A DNA stretch of 64,000 nt from a virus (lineage: Duplodnaviria; Caudoviricetes), in IMG/VR virus record IMGVR_UViG_3300035510_000286, positions 72,133 to 136,132 of that record, one strand, 5' to 3'. Made by a program: the position numbers and the translations under genes. Under the pieces are notes generated by a model, which searched no databases, was not told the DNA's origin, and saw only the letters and a list, made by a program, of their open reading frames with translations. This document shows, piece after piece, positions 7,975 through 18,012 of this stretch. Within the stretch, counting starts at the first letter, position 1; each line of letters starts with the position of its first letter.

Positions 7975-8074
7975 GATATAATTCCACAGATAGCAATAGA
8001 AAAAAGAAGCGAGAAATTAAATGTAGAAAATAATGTAGAAAGAACCTAAAGATTAAGCAAGCTATCTTACATAT

Positions 8075-8149
8075 GGAGGTGTAGTGTAATGGTAGCACAG
8101 AGGGCTCTAACCCCTCGGGTCTTGGTTCGATTCTGAAGCGCCTCTGCCA
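8075..8149 (+). tRNA. amber suppressor tRNA (anticodon CTA), probably Gln-accepting
   Basis: gaggg-ctctaac-ccctc; discriminator G and loop ending AC as in the phage tRNA-Gln(TTG); encoded CCA. Confidence 0.9.
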
Positions 8150-8198
8150 GACTAAAAGGGAGGGAAACCTCCCTTTATTTTTTTTTATAGGAGAAATT

Positions 8199-9437
8199 AT
8201 GTATAAAGAACATTACCCGTTTTTTAGTAGCGTGTGTTTGAACCTCACTGACGCGTGCAACCTAGAATGCAAGTATTGCTTTGTTAAGCAATGTAACCAC
8301 TATATGACTTACGAAATTGCAGAACAAAGCGTTGATTTTTTAATGAATAATGTTAAACAAAAGGAAGAATTAACTGGAATTAAGCAAGATCCTTCTATCA
8401 CTTACTTTGGCGGTGAACCTACTATAATGTGGGATAGTATTATTGTGCCGCTAACTAAGCATATTAGAGAGAAGTATGGAGATACTATTACTCTTACAAT
8501 GACTACTAATGGGACGCTACTGAATAAGGAAAGAATTGATTTTATGCGGAAGTATGATATCTATCCTCATCTTTCTTTCGATGGTCCTAAAGAAGTTCAA
8601 GATAAAAATCGTCCAATGCGGAATGGGCAAAGTAGTTATGAGGCGGCGGCTTCCAATATTTCCTATTTATTACAAAATTTTCCAAACACCGCTATGAGAG
8701 CAACCATTGACCAAGCTACAGTTGATGGCACTTTTAACTCGTATGTTTTCGCTATGGAGCACGGTTTCCGCAATTTCTTTACAATGCCTAATGGCAGAGA
8801 AACTTGGTCAGAAGAAAATATTCAAAAACTTGATGAAGAAGTAGAAAAGATTTTTGCGTTGATGTATCTACAGTTTTCTGAAGGTCATAAACCTTTTACT
8901 TCTTTTTCTCGTATTGATAAAACTTATGAAGATATACTGAATAGAGATTTACAGTTCTATCATAATAGATTTAACAATGTTTCTATTCATCGTGAACCTT
9001 TTAGATGCGGCCTTGGTACTACTTCTGCTTCTATCTCTTATGATGGTAGAATTTATGCTTGCCAAGAACAAGATTCCTATGGAAATAGTTTTTTCTTTAT
9101 TGGTGATATTTGGAATGGCGTAGATAGAAAAAAGCATGAAGCTTTATTAGATGAATATACGAAAGAAGCAATAAATCAGTGTGAGAAGCCTGAACTCTGC
9201 AAAACTTGTCCTTTGCGGCAGGTGTGTCAGACTAATGGTTGTCCTTCTTCTAACTATGACACCTATGAAGATTTCTTTATTAATCCAGAAGTAGCTTGTA
9301 GATGGAATCAAATCTTATTTAAGCACGCTATCAACATGATGAGATGTCTGGTAGAAGAAAATAATTTAGCCTTTAAAGATTATTTAGATAATGAATGTCA
9401 TTATAAAAATTATTATAGAAAGGAGGAAAAGCAATGA
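8199..9437 (+). CDS. radical SAM protein with SPASM domain
   Basis: CNLECKYC, YFGGEP, TTNGTLL, SFDG; SPASM cysteines CGLG..YACQE..CKTC..C..GC. Confidence 0.9.
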   Translation: MYKEHYPFFSSVCLNLTDACNLECKYCFVKQCNHYMTYEIAEQSVDFLMNNVKQKEELTGIKQDPSITYFGGEPTIMWDSIIVPLTKHIREKYGDTITLTMTTNGTLLNKERIDFMRKYDIYPHLSFDGPKEVQDKNRPMRNGQSSYEAAASNISYLLQNFPNTAMRATIDQATVDGTFNSYVFAMEHGFRNFFTMPNGRETWSEENIQKLDEEVEKIFALMYLQFSEGHKPFTSFSRIDKTYEDILNRDLQFYHNRFNNVSIHREPFRCGLGTTSASISYDGRIYACQEQDSYGNSFFFIGDIWNGVDRKKHEALLDEYTKEAINQCEKPELCKTCPLRQVCQTNGCPSSNYDTYEDFFINPEVACRWNQILFKHAINMMRCLVEENNLAFKDYLDNECHYKNYYRKEEKQ

Positions 9438-10054
9438 GCTGTGAAACTTGTGTTAGCTGCGAAGTTTGCGATGGATGCAATACTTGTAATAATAGTTGTA
9501 ATAGCTGCAACAATGGTAATTGTACAGTTTGTACTGACGGAGAAACGTATTGCGATACCGAAGAGGTTTATAGCACTGATTGTTCTAATAAGTTTAAATG
9601 GAACGGTGGTGTCAATACAGGAGATGCAATAATTACACTTACCGACTGGAATAGACTTCCTGATTATGTTAAAGCTTTAAGAAGTAAAGGTAAAGGTGGC
9701 AAAGACACTAGTACAATTACAAAACAAACCGATAAAGAAGTTAAAGCATCTTGGTTTAATACTTATGCTAATTTAGTAGGAAGTAGTAAAACTGCAACCG
9801 CTGGAAAAACTCTTATATACGGTTCATATTTCCAAGATTTAGCTGATTGTGCTAATAAGTTAAAGTATGAAAAGACTCAATGTGCTAGCTGTAATACGGG
9901 ATGTAAAAGCTGCGATAGTAGCTGTGAAGGTAACTGCAATCAATGTAAATCAGGTAATACTGCAAGCACCAAATGCAAAAGTGGAAATACCTGTACTACA
10001 GATTGCAGTGAGACGACTAGTGGATCAAGCCCTTGCAGCTTAAGTGAGAGATAA
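9434..10054 (+). CDS. Cys-rich protein (CxxC arrays at both termini), candidate radical SAM substrate
   Basis: ATGA overlap with the radical SAM gene; periodic Cys at N- and C-termini around a Cys-poor core. Confidence 0.8.
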   Translation: MSCETCVSCEVCDGCNTCNNSCNSCNNGNCTVCTDGETYCDTEEVYSTDCSNKFKWNGGVNTGDAIITLTDWNRLPDYVKALRSKGKGGKDTSTITKQTDKEVKASWFNTYANLVGSSKTATAGKTLIYGSYFQDLADCANKLKYEKTQCASCNTGCKSCDSSCEGNCNQCKSGNTASTKCKSGNTCTTDCSETTSGSSPCSLSER

Positions 10055-10584
10055 TGAAAGAATTAATTGAACAAGTAGAAAAATATCTCTTAAAACAAGA
10101 GAACACAATAGCTAAAGCTGTTCTTCGATATTTTAAAACAGAAGGAAAAGATGAAGAATTACTTGATGAATACTACGATTCTTTTGAAAAAGTATTAGCT
10201 ATGTGTATAAAATATATTACTACAGAATACGAGATTGAAGTCCCTGGTGATATAGCTGTATTTTCAGTAACCTATGATGATATGGAAACCTTTGAATCTC
10301 GAGTGCGGGAGTGGCTGAACTGCGGCGACCGCAATCTAGCTCTATATCATTGTCTTTTGATTCTCGATAATGAGTGTTATACTATTGTAAATAGAATTGC
10401 TTATAACTTATTTAAGGATATTCCTGATATGTATGGTGAAATTCTTCATGCCGAGGATTGTTGCGGTTATTGTGCTGATACGTTTGATGGACCTCCAGTC
10501 CCTGTCTCTGAAATAAAAGAAATTCCTCCTTATCATCCTTCATGTCGATGTGTTTATACTTATTTTAGAAAAGAAATTACTTGA
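10054..10584 (+). CDS. protein with MuF/minor-head-like C-terminal motif
   Basis: CCGYC...PPYHPSCRC. Confidence 0.6.
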   Translation: MKELIEQVEKYLLKQENTIAKAVLRYFKTEGKDEELLDEYYDSFEKVLAMCIKYITTEYEIEVPGDIAVFSVTYDDMETFESRVREWLNCGDRNLALYHCLLILDNECYTIVNRIAYNLFKDIPDMYGEILHAEDCCGYCADTFDGPPVPVSEIKEIPPYHPSCRCVYTYFRKEIT

Positions 10585-10676
10585 AATTTTATTATAAAAA
10601 TTGTATAATGTATATAGAAAGTTAAGAGAGATACTTTTCTTGAAAAAAGAAAAGTCAGCAGAAAAGGAGCTTTTAT

Positions 10677-12149
10677 ATGTTAAATGAATTAAAGGTTGAA
10701 GCATCTAAAACTTATACTGAAAATGGCGGCGTGAGTTATTCTACTACTGCAAATCGAGTGTTTGATCTCTTTAGCCTTGGTGGCGCATATAGAGAGCGTA
10801 GTAAAGAAGATACGATTGCACTTTTTGCTTCTGCTTATCGAGAGAATCCTACTTTTGCTTTGAAGTGCCTGTTTTACTTGCGTGATGTGCGCGGAGGCCA
10901 GGGCGAAAGAGCCTTTTTCCGAGTTTGTTTGAAGTGGTTGGCTAATTATGACCCTGATGCAGTTCTGCGGAATCTTGGATATATCCCTGAATTTGGTAGA
11001 TGGGATGATTTATTCGAGTTGTTTGATACTCCGGTTGAAGCCGAGGTAATGCAGTTTATTGCAGAACAACTTGCAATGGATATTAAGAACGCTCTTAAAG
11101 AAAATTCTATTAGCCTTCTTGCTAAATGGCTTCCCAGTGAGAATACTTCTAGTCAGGGAACTCGAAGAAAGGCTAAGAAGATTCAAGAATATCTTCATAT
11201 GACTCCCAAGCTGTATCGTAAGACTCTGTCAGAATTGCGGAATTATTCTAACGTTCTTGAGCGTCTTATGAGCGACAAGAGATGGGATGAGATTGATTTC
11301 TCGGCTGTTCCTTCTAAGGCTGGTTTGAAGTATTCTAAAGCTTTTTTAAAGAATAAGGAAACTTCTGAGCGATATCAGAAATTTATTCAGTCTAAGAATA
11401 CTAAAGTCCATGCTGGGACTCTGTATCCTGCTGATGTAGTGCATAAGGTTATGGGTAAGAGCTATTATGATATGCACTATACTGGCTTAGAAGATAGAGC
11501 AATATATAACAAGTATTGGGAAAATCTTACCGACTATTTTAAGGGCGCAAAATTCAATGGAATTGCTGTCGTTGATACTTCTGGTAGTATGTACGGACGC
11601 CCGATCGAAGTTGCAATCTCGTTAGGTTTGTATTGCGCTGGAAAATGTAATCCTGAGAGTCCTTTCTATAACCATTATATTTCTTTTTCTAGTCGGCCTG
11701 AACTAGTAGAGATTACTGGGCAAGATTTCTGTAGCCAGGTAATTAACATCTATGATAATATGCTCTGCGATAACACTAATATTGAAGCTGTATTTAATCT
11801 ACTGCTCAATACCGCTTTAAAGCACCAGCTCCCGCAGTCTGAGCTTCCTGAGAATATTATCATTATCTCTGATATGGAATTTGATAGTATGACGAACTAT
11901 AGAAGCTTAGAGGGTCTTTACTCTGGTATGGAGACTATTAGAAACAAATGGGAAGAATACGGATACAAGATGCCTAATCTTGTATATTGGAATGTCAATG
12001 CTAGACATAACCTTATTCCCGAGGCTCTCAAGAACGGTGTTTCTTTTGTAAGCGGTTACTCCCCAGTTATTTTGGATTCTATTCTTACTGGCAAGACTGG
12101 TAAAGAACTGATGTTTGAAACTTTAAAGAAGTATGATATGATTCGCTAA
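10677..12149 (+). CDS. DUF2828-family protein with C-terminal vWA domain
   Basis: YTENGG, FYLRDVRGGQGER, FGRWDDL, AKWLPSE, VVDTSGSM (MIDAS), IISDMEFD, YWNV. Confidence 0.85.
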   Translation: MLNELKVEASKTYTENGGVSYSTTANRVFDLFSLGGAYRERSKEDTIALFASAYRENPTFALKCLFYLRDVRGGQGERAFFRVCLKWLANYDPDAVLRNLGYIPEFGRWDDLFELFDTPVEAEVMQFIAEQLAMDIKNALKENSISLLAKWLPSENTSSQGTRRKAKKIQEYLHMTPKLYRKTLSELRNYSNVLERLMSDKRWDEIDFSAVPSKAGLKYSKAFLKNKETSERYQKFIQSKNTKVHAGTLYPADVVHKVMGKSYYDMHYTGLEDRAIYNKYWENLTDYFKGAKFNGIAVVDTSGSMYGRPIEVAISLGLYCAGKCNPESPFYNHYISFSSRPELVEITGQDFCSQVINIYDNMLCDNTNIEAVFNLLLNTALKHQLPQSELPENIIIISDMEFDSMTNYRSLEGLYSGMETIRNKWEEYGYKMPNLVYWNVNARHNLIPEALKNGVSFVSGYSPVILDSILTGKTGKELMFETLKKYDMIR

Positions 12150-12164
12150 GGAGGATATTTAAGT

Positions 12165-12464
12165 ATGGACGCTAAGATTTATCTCGATTACGCACACAAG
12201 ATTATCGAATATACCGATTATCTTGACAAGATTAGTGAAGTTCTTTATCCTGTCGATCTTTATTACTCTCCATTCAACGATATCATTGATCCCGCTTGCG
12301 AAATGCTTGCGCGGTTGGTAGATCTTGAGGGGATTGAGCTCGGAGATTGGACGTGCGCTTTTATGAATGTTGTTTTTAATAAGGACGAGCTGAGTGATAC
12401 TAAGCTGCTTAGTCTAACTGACCCAGAGGAAGCTAAGGTTTTGATTGATAGATATTGCCATTAA
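12165..12464 (+). CDS. hypothetical protein
   Basis: ORF track; RBS aaggagg; terminator follows. Confidence 0.7.
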   Translation: MDAKIYLDYAHKIIEYTDYLDKISEVLYPVDLYYSPFNDIIDPACEMLARLVDLEGIELGDWTCAFMNVVFNKDELSDTKLLSLTDPEEAKVLIDRYCH

Positions 12465-12533
12465 GGGAGCTACGGCTCCCTTTTATTTTTTATAATAAAA
12501 ATGTTATAATAAAATAAAAAGGAAATAATAAAT

Positions 12534-13013
12534 ATGTTAGGAATAATTTTAGTAATAATTTCATTAGGCGTAATTATTGGTATTATTTTTTTCGTTGATG
12601 CTTACGAAAAAGGTAAAATAAAATTTATAGAAAAAAGAAAAATAGAAAAACGTTATTATGAATGTTTATATGATGGACCAACTATCACATATGAAATATT
12701 TAAAGATTTGTATGAAGTAAATCCAGATAGATGGGAACTTCCTCGTGACTTTCAGTGGAGATATAGAGAAGATAACTTCGAGAGTCATTATGTTAGGATG
12801 AGTTTTGAAGACTTTTTAGCTACTAGAAAATTAGTTAAGCATAAAAAAGCACTTGAAACTCAAGCTAAGAATAATGAAGCAATGGTCGCTATTTATAAAT
12901 CTGTACAACGCGATATCGAGAGACTGCATGAACAAGCTAAAGAAGAAATTCAAACTAGTGGTGATAAGATCGTTGAGATTGCAGAAAGGATTGAGAATAG
13001 ATGCAAGGAGTAA
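12534..13013 (+). CDS. membrane-anchored hypothetical protein
   Basis: N-terminal hydrophobic helix. Confidence 0.7.
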   Translation: MLGIILVIISLGVIIGIIFFVDAYEKGKIKFIEKRKIEKRYYECLYDGPTITYEIFKDLYEVNPDRWELPRDFQWRYREDNFESHYVRMSFEDFLATRKLVKHKKALETQAKNNEAMVAIYKSVQRDIERLHEQAKEEIQTSGDKIVEIAERIENRCKE

Positions 13014-13336
13014 CTATTCTAAATGAATTTAGTGTTATCGCTGAACATAACTGGACTGTAGCAACATTCATAGGATTTATAATTATTATACTTATGATAT
13101 GTGCGGTTGGAACTATAGCAGTAACTTCCCTTGGAGGTATAGGATATGTATTACTTTTATGTTCTGCAATTTTTGGTTTTTTAGGTATTCAAGCTATTGG
13201 GTACTTAACTAGTGAGCCAGTATATGAGACTCATTATCAAGTGATGATAGATGATTCAGTTTCTATGATTGATTTTTCAAATAGATATGAAGTATTAGAA
13301 CAACAGGGTAAGATATTTATCGTGAAAGATAAGTAA
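13001..13336 (+). CDS. two-TM membrane protein
   Basis: Two hydrophobic segments. Confidence 0.7.
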   Translation: MQGVTILNEFSVIAEHNWTVATFIGFIIIILMICAVGTIAVTSLGGIGYVLLLCSAIFGFLGIQAIGYLTSEPVYETHYQVMIDDSVSMIDFSNRYEVLEQQGKIFIVKDK

Positions 13337-13396
13337 TTTTATTTTATAGAAAAAATATAGTATTATATCTATAGAAAGTTAAAGGAGAAAGAAGAA

Positions 13397-13996
13397 ATGA
13401 CTTGCATCGTTGGATTTACAGATAAAGAAACTAATCAAGTTTGGATAGGCGGAGATAGCCTAGGTAGTAATGGTTATACTAAAGACATACAAGCTTTGCC
13501 AAAAGTATTTAGGCATGATACGTTTAAAAATGTCATTATGGGAAGCACAGGGTCGTTTCGCCATATGGATTTGTTAAAGTATAGTGAAAAACTTTTTCCT
13601 GAAATTGATTGGTATAAAGGAAAAGATATTGACCATAAATATATGGTTAAAACTTTTATTCCTAATCTAATAACTTTATTTCAAGAAAATATTATTGATA
13701 AGCCTAGCGAAGAACGAGGTGGAAACTTCCTCCTTGGAGTAGAAGATAAGCTGTTTGAAATTCAAAGTGATTACTCTGTCTTGCAATCGGATTCTGGATT
13801 TGCGGCGGTTGGTTGTGGCGAAAATGCGGCACTGGCAAGTTTAATTACTACGACAAAGCATTTTAAAGATAAGCTAACTCCGGTTGAACATATTACTTAT
13901 GCTCTTGAAGCAGCAGAAGAGCTATGTGAGGGAGTGCAACGTCCTTTTTGTATTTTAAGCACGAATCAAGAAGTAGAACCAATTATTATTGTCTGA
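13397..13996 (+). CDS. Ntn-hydrolase, HslV/proteasome-beta-like peptidase
   Basis: N-terminal MTCIVG (Thr nucleophile), GGDS, AVGCG. Confidence 0.75.
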   Translation: MTCIVGFTDKETNQVWIGGDSLGSNGYTKDIQALPKVFRHDTFKNVIMGSTGSFRHMDLLKYSEKLFPEIDWYKGKDIDHKYMVKTFIPNLITLFQENIIDKPSEERGGNFLLGVEDKLFEIQSDYSVLQSDSGFAAVGCGENAALASLITTTKHFKDKLTPVEHITYALEAAEELCEGVQRPFCILSTNQEVEPIIIV

Positions 13997-14786
13997 GAAA
14001 GGATTGATGGTTATGAAGAATTTTCACTCTGATGAATGGATTATGGCTCGCATGGAGGAAATTTATGCACTGTGCGCGGACCGCTGCGTAAAAGAGGATA
14101 ATATCGTGGGGCTGTTCTATTACGGCTCTGGCAACTATGGACTTGACACTGAGCAGTCCGATGTTGATACTGTCCTTCTTGTAACTCCTACTCTTGACCA
14201 GCTTATCAACGGCGAGATGGTTACTTATGAGACTACTACCAATGATACGTGGCATATCGTGGTTAAGGACATTAGACTTTGGTATCAGAGTCTTACGAAG
14301 CCGAGTATCTCGATTCTTGAAACTTTGTTCACGGATTATAAAATCGTGAATCCTAAGTATAAGGATGAATGGGATCTACTTACCGCCGCACGCGAAGATC
14401 TTGTAAGACTTCATCCTCTTGCTTTGGCCAATAACATTCGAGGCATGGCCAAGAATGAGCATAAGAGAATCCATGATGGAAGAGAAGATTATCCTAAGTG
14501 TCTCAGTCATCTGTTCCGACTTGAATACCTTCTGCTGAATTACATGGCTACTAAGAACTATGAGGCTTCTTTGAAAGAAATTCCTTGGACTCAGGTTAAA
14601 GAAGCAAAAGAAGGAAAATGGAGTTTGGAGGAAGCTAAAGCTATGGCAGATATGATTATGCCTACTTTTGAGCTTTTTAAAAGTTATTTTCCTGTGGAAC
14701 CTAGTAACCAGAACTTAAGAAAAGATTATCGAGAAGTCGTAAACTACATGGTGCGGAAGTGCGTTAAGGAGGAAGCTAATGGATAA
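13989..14786 (+). CDS. nucleotidyltransferase (pol-beta superfamily)
   Basis: YGSGNYGLDTEQSDVD, a GS..DxD motif. Confidence 0.8.
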   Translation: MSEKGLMVMKNFHSDEWIMARMEEIYALCADRCVKEDNIVGLFYYGSGNYGLDTEQSDVDTVLLVTPTLDQLINGEMVTYETTTNDTWHIVVKDIRLWYQSLTKPSISILETLFTDYKIVNPKYKDEWDLLTAAREDLVRLHPLALANNIRGMAKNEHKRIHDGREDYPKCLSHLFRLEYLLLNYMATKNYEASLKEIPWTQVKEAKEGKWSLEEAKAMADMIMPTFELFKSYFPVEPSNQNLRKDYREVVNYMVRKCVKEEANG

Positions 14787-15282
14787 TTATATCTACGTCA
14801 ATGGGCGAAAGCGTTATCTGAGCGATGAAGAGGCAAATCATCTGGAGAGCGTTTATTTCAAAAATGAGTTTGATAGACAGTCAGATGGTCTATTTTACTT
14901 CATTGATATTGATGGTGAAGTGACTGAGGAAGGAGATTGCAACTCTACCTTTGAGGATAGTCTATATGCAGTAGGAAATTACTGTACTAATGAAGCTATG
15001 ATGGTTCAGCAAAGCTATCGAGAAATTCTGCGGAGGCTGCTGTGGCGATACACTATGCAGCATGATGGAGATAAGATTGAGCTGACGAGAGATGAAGCTG
15101 TTTTTATCATTTGTTTTTCTGATAATGAATTTAGTGTTAAGTGCCTCGCGGCAGGAGAGACTGAACAAGTTCCTTTTCTTTCTATTGTTTTTATTGATAG
15201 AGTTACTGCTCTTGGAGCAATAAGAGAAGTTGTGGTGCCTTTTATTAACCAGCATCCCGATTTTGATTGGAGGGTAATGTAA
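14779..15282 (+). CDS. hypothetical protein
   Basis: ORF track, coupled to neighbours. Confidence 0.7.
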   Translation: MDNYIYVNGRKRYLSDEEANHLESVYFKNEFDRQSDGLFYFIDIDGEVTEEGDCNSTFEDSLYAVGNYCTNEAMMVQQSYREILRRLLWRYTMQHDGDKIELTRDEAVFIICFSDNEFSVKCLAAGETEQVPFLSIVFIDRVTALGAIREVVVPFINQHPDFDWRVM

Positions 15283-15283
15283 T

Positions 15284-16576
15284 ATGTATTGCGCATACGT
15301 GACTACTTTAAAGAATGTGCGGAAGGCTGAGAATAGTGACCGTTTGTATCTCGCTGAATGTTATGGTGAGGGCGTTATTGTAGGCCCTGATTCTGCTGAT
15401 GGTGATAAGGTACTTTATCTTCCGCAAGATGGACAGATTGAGCGATGGTTTGGAGATGCCTTTAAGCTTTTCCGCAAGAATATGGATGGTAGTATCCAAG
15501 GTGGATATATCGAGAATAATGGTCATATTAGAGCAATTAAGCTGAGAGGAAACCGCTCGGAAGGTATTGTTATTCCTATTTCTAAGATTTATAGTGTATT
15601 TGGCTATCAGAATTGGAATGATGGACAAGAAGTAACCTCTATCTTTGTGGATGGGAAAGAAAAGCGATTCTGTAAAAAGTATATTCCTAAGCAGACTGAT
15701 GTTTATCATGGGACTAAGAAAACTTCTTATAAGGGTCGCAAGGCCGAAGGTATTATTTATCCTGAGTTCTCTATGCACTCTGACACTCAGCAGTTGGCTT
15801 ATAATATGGACGCTTTTAAGCCTGGTGATAAGATTAATATTACTTTGAAGATGCATGGCACTAGCCAGCGTTCTATGATGACTTATGGCGAGCTTCCTAA
15901 TAACTGGATCCGCAGATTGTTCCATATGAAGAAAAAGACTAAGCCTGCTTATGTGCTTGGTACTAGACGTACTGTCATCCATGAAAATTCTACTGGGTAC
16001 TATGGAACTGATACTTTTAGATTTCCTCACCATGAAGCGTTGGCGCCTTTTATTGAAGATGGCATGGAGGTTTTTTACGAGGTAGTAGGTTACTATGGAC
16101 CTCAAGAAACGCAGACTATTATGCCTATCTGTAATAATGCAAAAATCAATGATAAAAACTTCGTAAAGCAATACGGAGATACTACTACTTTTAACTATGG
16201 TTGTACCCCCGGTCACTCTGCAATGTGGATTTACCGTATTACTTCTGATAATGGACGCAAGGAATGGACGCCTGATGAAATTACTGAATGGTGTAATATC
16301 CATAACTTTAATCGAGTTCCTGTAGTGGATGATTTTGAGTTTACTACCGCCGAAGACCTGCAGAACCGCATTAACGCATATTTTGAAGATTTGACTGATC
16401 CTATCGGCAAGACTCATATCAAAGAAGGCGTAGTAGTTAGAATTGTAAACCGACCCCGCTTTGAAGCTTATAAGTCTAAGACTGTAGAATTTAAGATTCT
16501 GGAAGGTTTAATTAAGGATAGTGCTAAAGCGCCCGATATGGAAGAAGCACAAGAGTTGGAGGTGAATGATAATTAA
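15284..16576 (+). CDS. ATP-dependent RNA ligase (Rnl2/DRB0094-like) with N-terminal OB fold
   Basis: TLKMHGTS (motif I), EVVG, KEGVVVR, YKSK; N-terminal IRAIKLRGNRSEGIV. Confidence 0.8.
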   Translation: MYCAYVTTLKNVRKAENSDRLYLAECYGEGVIVGPDSADGDKVLYLPQDGQIERWFGDAFKLFRKNMDGSIQGGYIENNGHIRAIKLRGNRSEGIVIPISKIYSVFGYQNWNDGQEVTSIFVDGKEKRFCKKYIPKQTDVYHGTKKTSYKGRKAEGIIYPEFSMHSDTQQLAYNMDAFKPGDKINITLKMHGTSQRSMMTYGELPNNWIRRLFHMKKKTKPAYVLGTRRTVIHENSTGYYGTDTFRFPHHEALAPFIEDGMEVFYEVVGYYGPQETQTIMPICNNAKINDKNFVKQYGDTTTFNYGCTPGHSAMWIYRITSDNGRKEWTPDEITEWCNIHNFNRVPVVDDFEFTTAEDLQNRINAYFEDLTDPIGKTHIKEGVVVRIVNRPRFEAYKSKTVEFKILEGLIKDSAKAPDMEEAQELEVNDN

Positions 16577-17054
16577 AAATATAAATACAGATTATATTCT
16601 AATTATTATTGTATGGGCTATGGTATTAGTTGGTGCAGTAATATTATTCGTAAGCGGAGAAAATTTTGATTCGGTGCCCGTAGACTTCGCTTTAAATGAA
16701 ACATCAACTACTAGGTCTTATAACCTTACAGCTACGGCCGCAGAAGAGTTTACAACTTACTCACAGTATGCTGCCCCAGCAGAAGGATATGAAGTAGAAA
16801 GAATCTATTTCGTATTTGATAATACAAGTGAATCTTCTATTAACATTGGTAGTCTTGATTTCTCTTGCTATGCAGATGATATAATGTGTGAAAACTGGGT
16901 ATTCGGAAATGAGGAAGATGCGTTTCCTATAGGAACTGAGTGTAAGTCGGGAGAGACAGTACAGGGATGGATTTACTTTACTGTACCTTCTGATTTTCAG
17001 AAATGTATTATCGAGTTTTTGAATACTACTAAGTTTGTTATTGGAGGAAATTAA
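16566..17054 (+). CDS. membrane-anchored Ig-like (DUF4352-like) protein
   Basis: TM helix; FSCYADD and GETVQGWIYFTVP. Confidence 0.6.
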   Translation: MIIKNINTDYILIIIVWAMVLVGAVILFVSGENFDSVPVDFALNETSTTRSYNLTATAAEEFTTYSQYAAPAEGYEVERIYFVFDNTSESSINIGSLDFSCYADDIMCENWVFGNEEDAFPIGTECKSGETVQGWIYFTVPSDFQKCIIEFLNTTKFVIGGN

Positions 17055-17290
17055 TGGTAGATATCATTATTGTTATTATTGCAGTAATTGTTTATCGTTT
17101 GATTTATGAAAAATGCAATAATACTTATCTATTTTTTGCTATTTGCTGGAGTATTGTACTTGCGTGTGATATTATTGCACTTATAACGGGGATTAAGTGT
17201 ACTTGGGACTTAGTTATTATGCCTGTTGCGTGTCTTGTTCTTGATAACTTTTATATGTATTTTAGTATTAAAAGGGGGATTAAATATTAA
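17054..17290 (+). CDS. small membrane protein
   Basis: Hydrophobic, 78 aa. Confidence 0.65.
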   Translation: MVDIIIVIIAVIVYRLIYEKCNNTYLFFAICWSIVLACDIIALITGIKCTWDLVIMPVACLVLDNFYMYFSIKRGIKY

Positions 17291-17547
17291 TGTATACTTT
17301 AATTTCTATTGGAATTTTCGTTATAGGAATTATTATTTATTGTTGTCTTAATCGCTATATTAGAAGCGGAGAGATAATAATTTTGGTTGGAATTGCAATG
17401 TTGGTAGAAATTCTTTGGTTAAAGGCAACAGGGCAAAGTTGTCCTTGGGGGCTCGCTATTTGGCCGCCAGTATTAGTAATTATTAGTGGTATTTGTTCTT
17501 TTCACCAAGAAATTACCGAATCTAAAGATAAAGAATCGAAAGATTAA
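17290..17547 (+). CDS. small membrane protein
   Basis: Hydrophobic, 85 aa; terminator follows. Confidence 0.65.
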   Translation: MYTLISIGIFVIGIIIYCCLNRYIRSGEIIILVGIAMLVEILWLKATGQSCPWGLAIWPPVLVIISGICSFHQEITESKDKESKD

Positions 17548-17637
17548 GATTAAAAGCTCTCTTTAGCTAGAGAGCTTTTATTTATTTTTAATAAAATTTA
17601 TATTATAATATCTATAGAAAGTTAAGGAAAGGATTGA

Positions 17638-18012
17638 TTGAAAATGATGAAGATGTGGATTGATGACGTGCGGCCTGCTCCTAAAGGTTATCGCTGGATT
17701 AAGACTGTTAATGAAGCTAAGATGTGTTTCAAAGGAATGGCTCGCTTCGAGGAGTACTACGATGAAAATCATCAACTCTGCTGCATTAAGAAATTTAATG
17801 TAGAGGTAATTGATATTGACCATGATGCTGGTGATTATGGTTCTCCGGCCGATGGAGGAGATTATATTGAGTTTCTTAACTGGCTCGAATATAATGCTTA
17901 TGTCAATGATTGGATTATTCCACCTATCAAAATCCATAGCATGAATCCAGTTGGTGTACAGAAGATGAAGGCTATTATCAAAGCAAATGGTTGGACTGAA
18001 AGGATTGATTGA
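17638..18012 (+). CDS. cyclic-phosphate-processing receiver-like domain protein
   Basis: WIDDVRPAP...DIDHDAG...IHSMNPVG. Confidence 0.7.
   Translation: MKMMKMWIDDVRPAPKGYRWIKTVNEAKMCFKGMARFEEYYDENHQLCCIKKFNVEVIDIDHDAGDYGSPADGGDYIEFLNWLEYNAYVNDWIIPPIKIHSMNPVGVQKMKAIIKANGWTERID

Noticed and set aside
15308-16417. 369-aa minus-strand ORF
   Set aside because: Antisense shadow of the RNA ligase with no recognisable motifs; the same applies to 33438..34526 and most minus-strand ORFs before 58.4 kb
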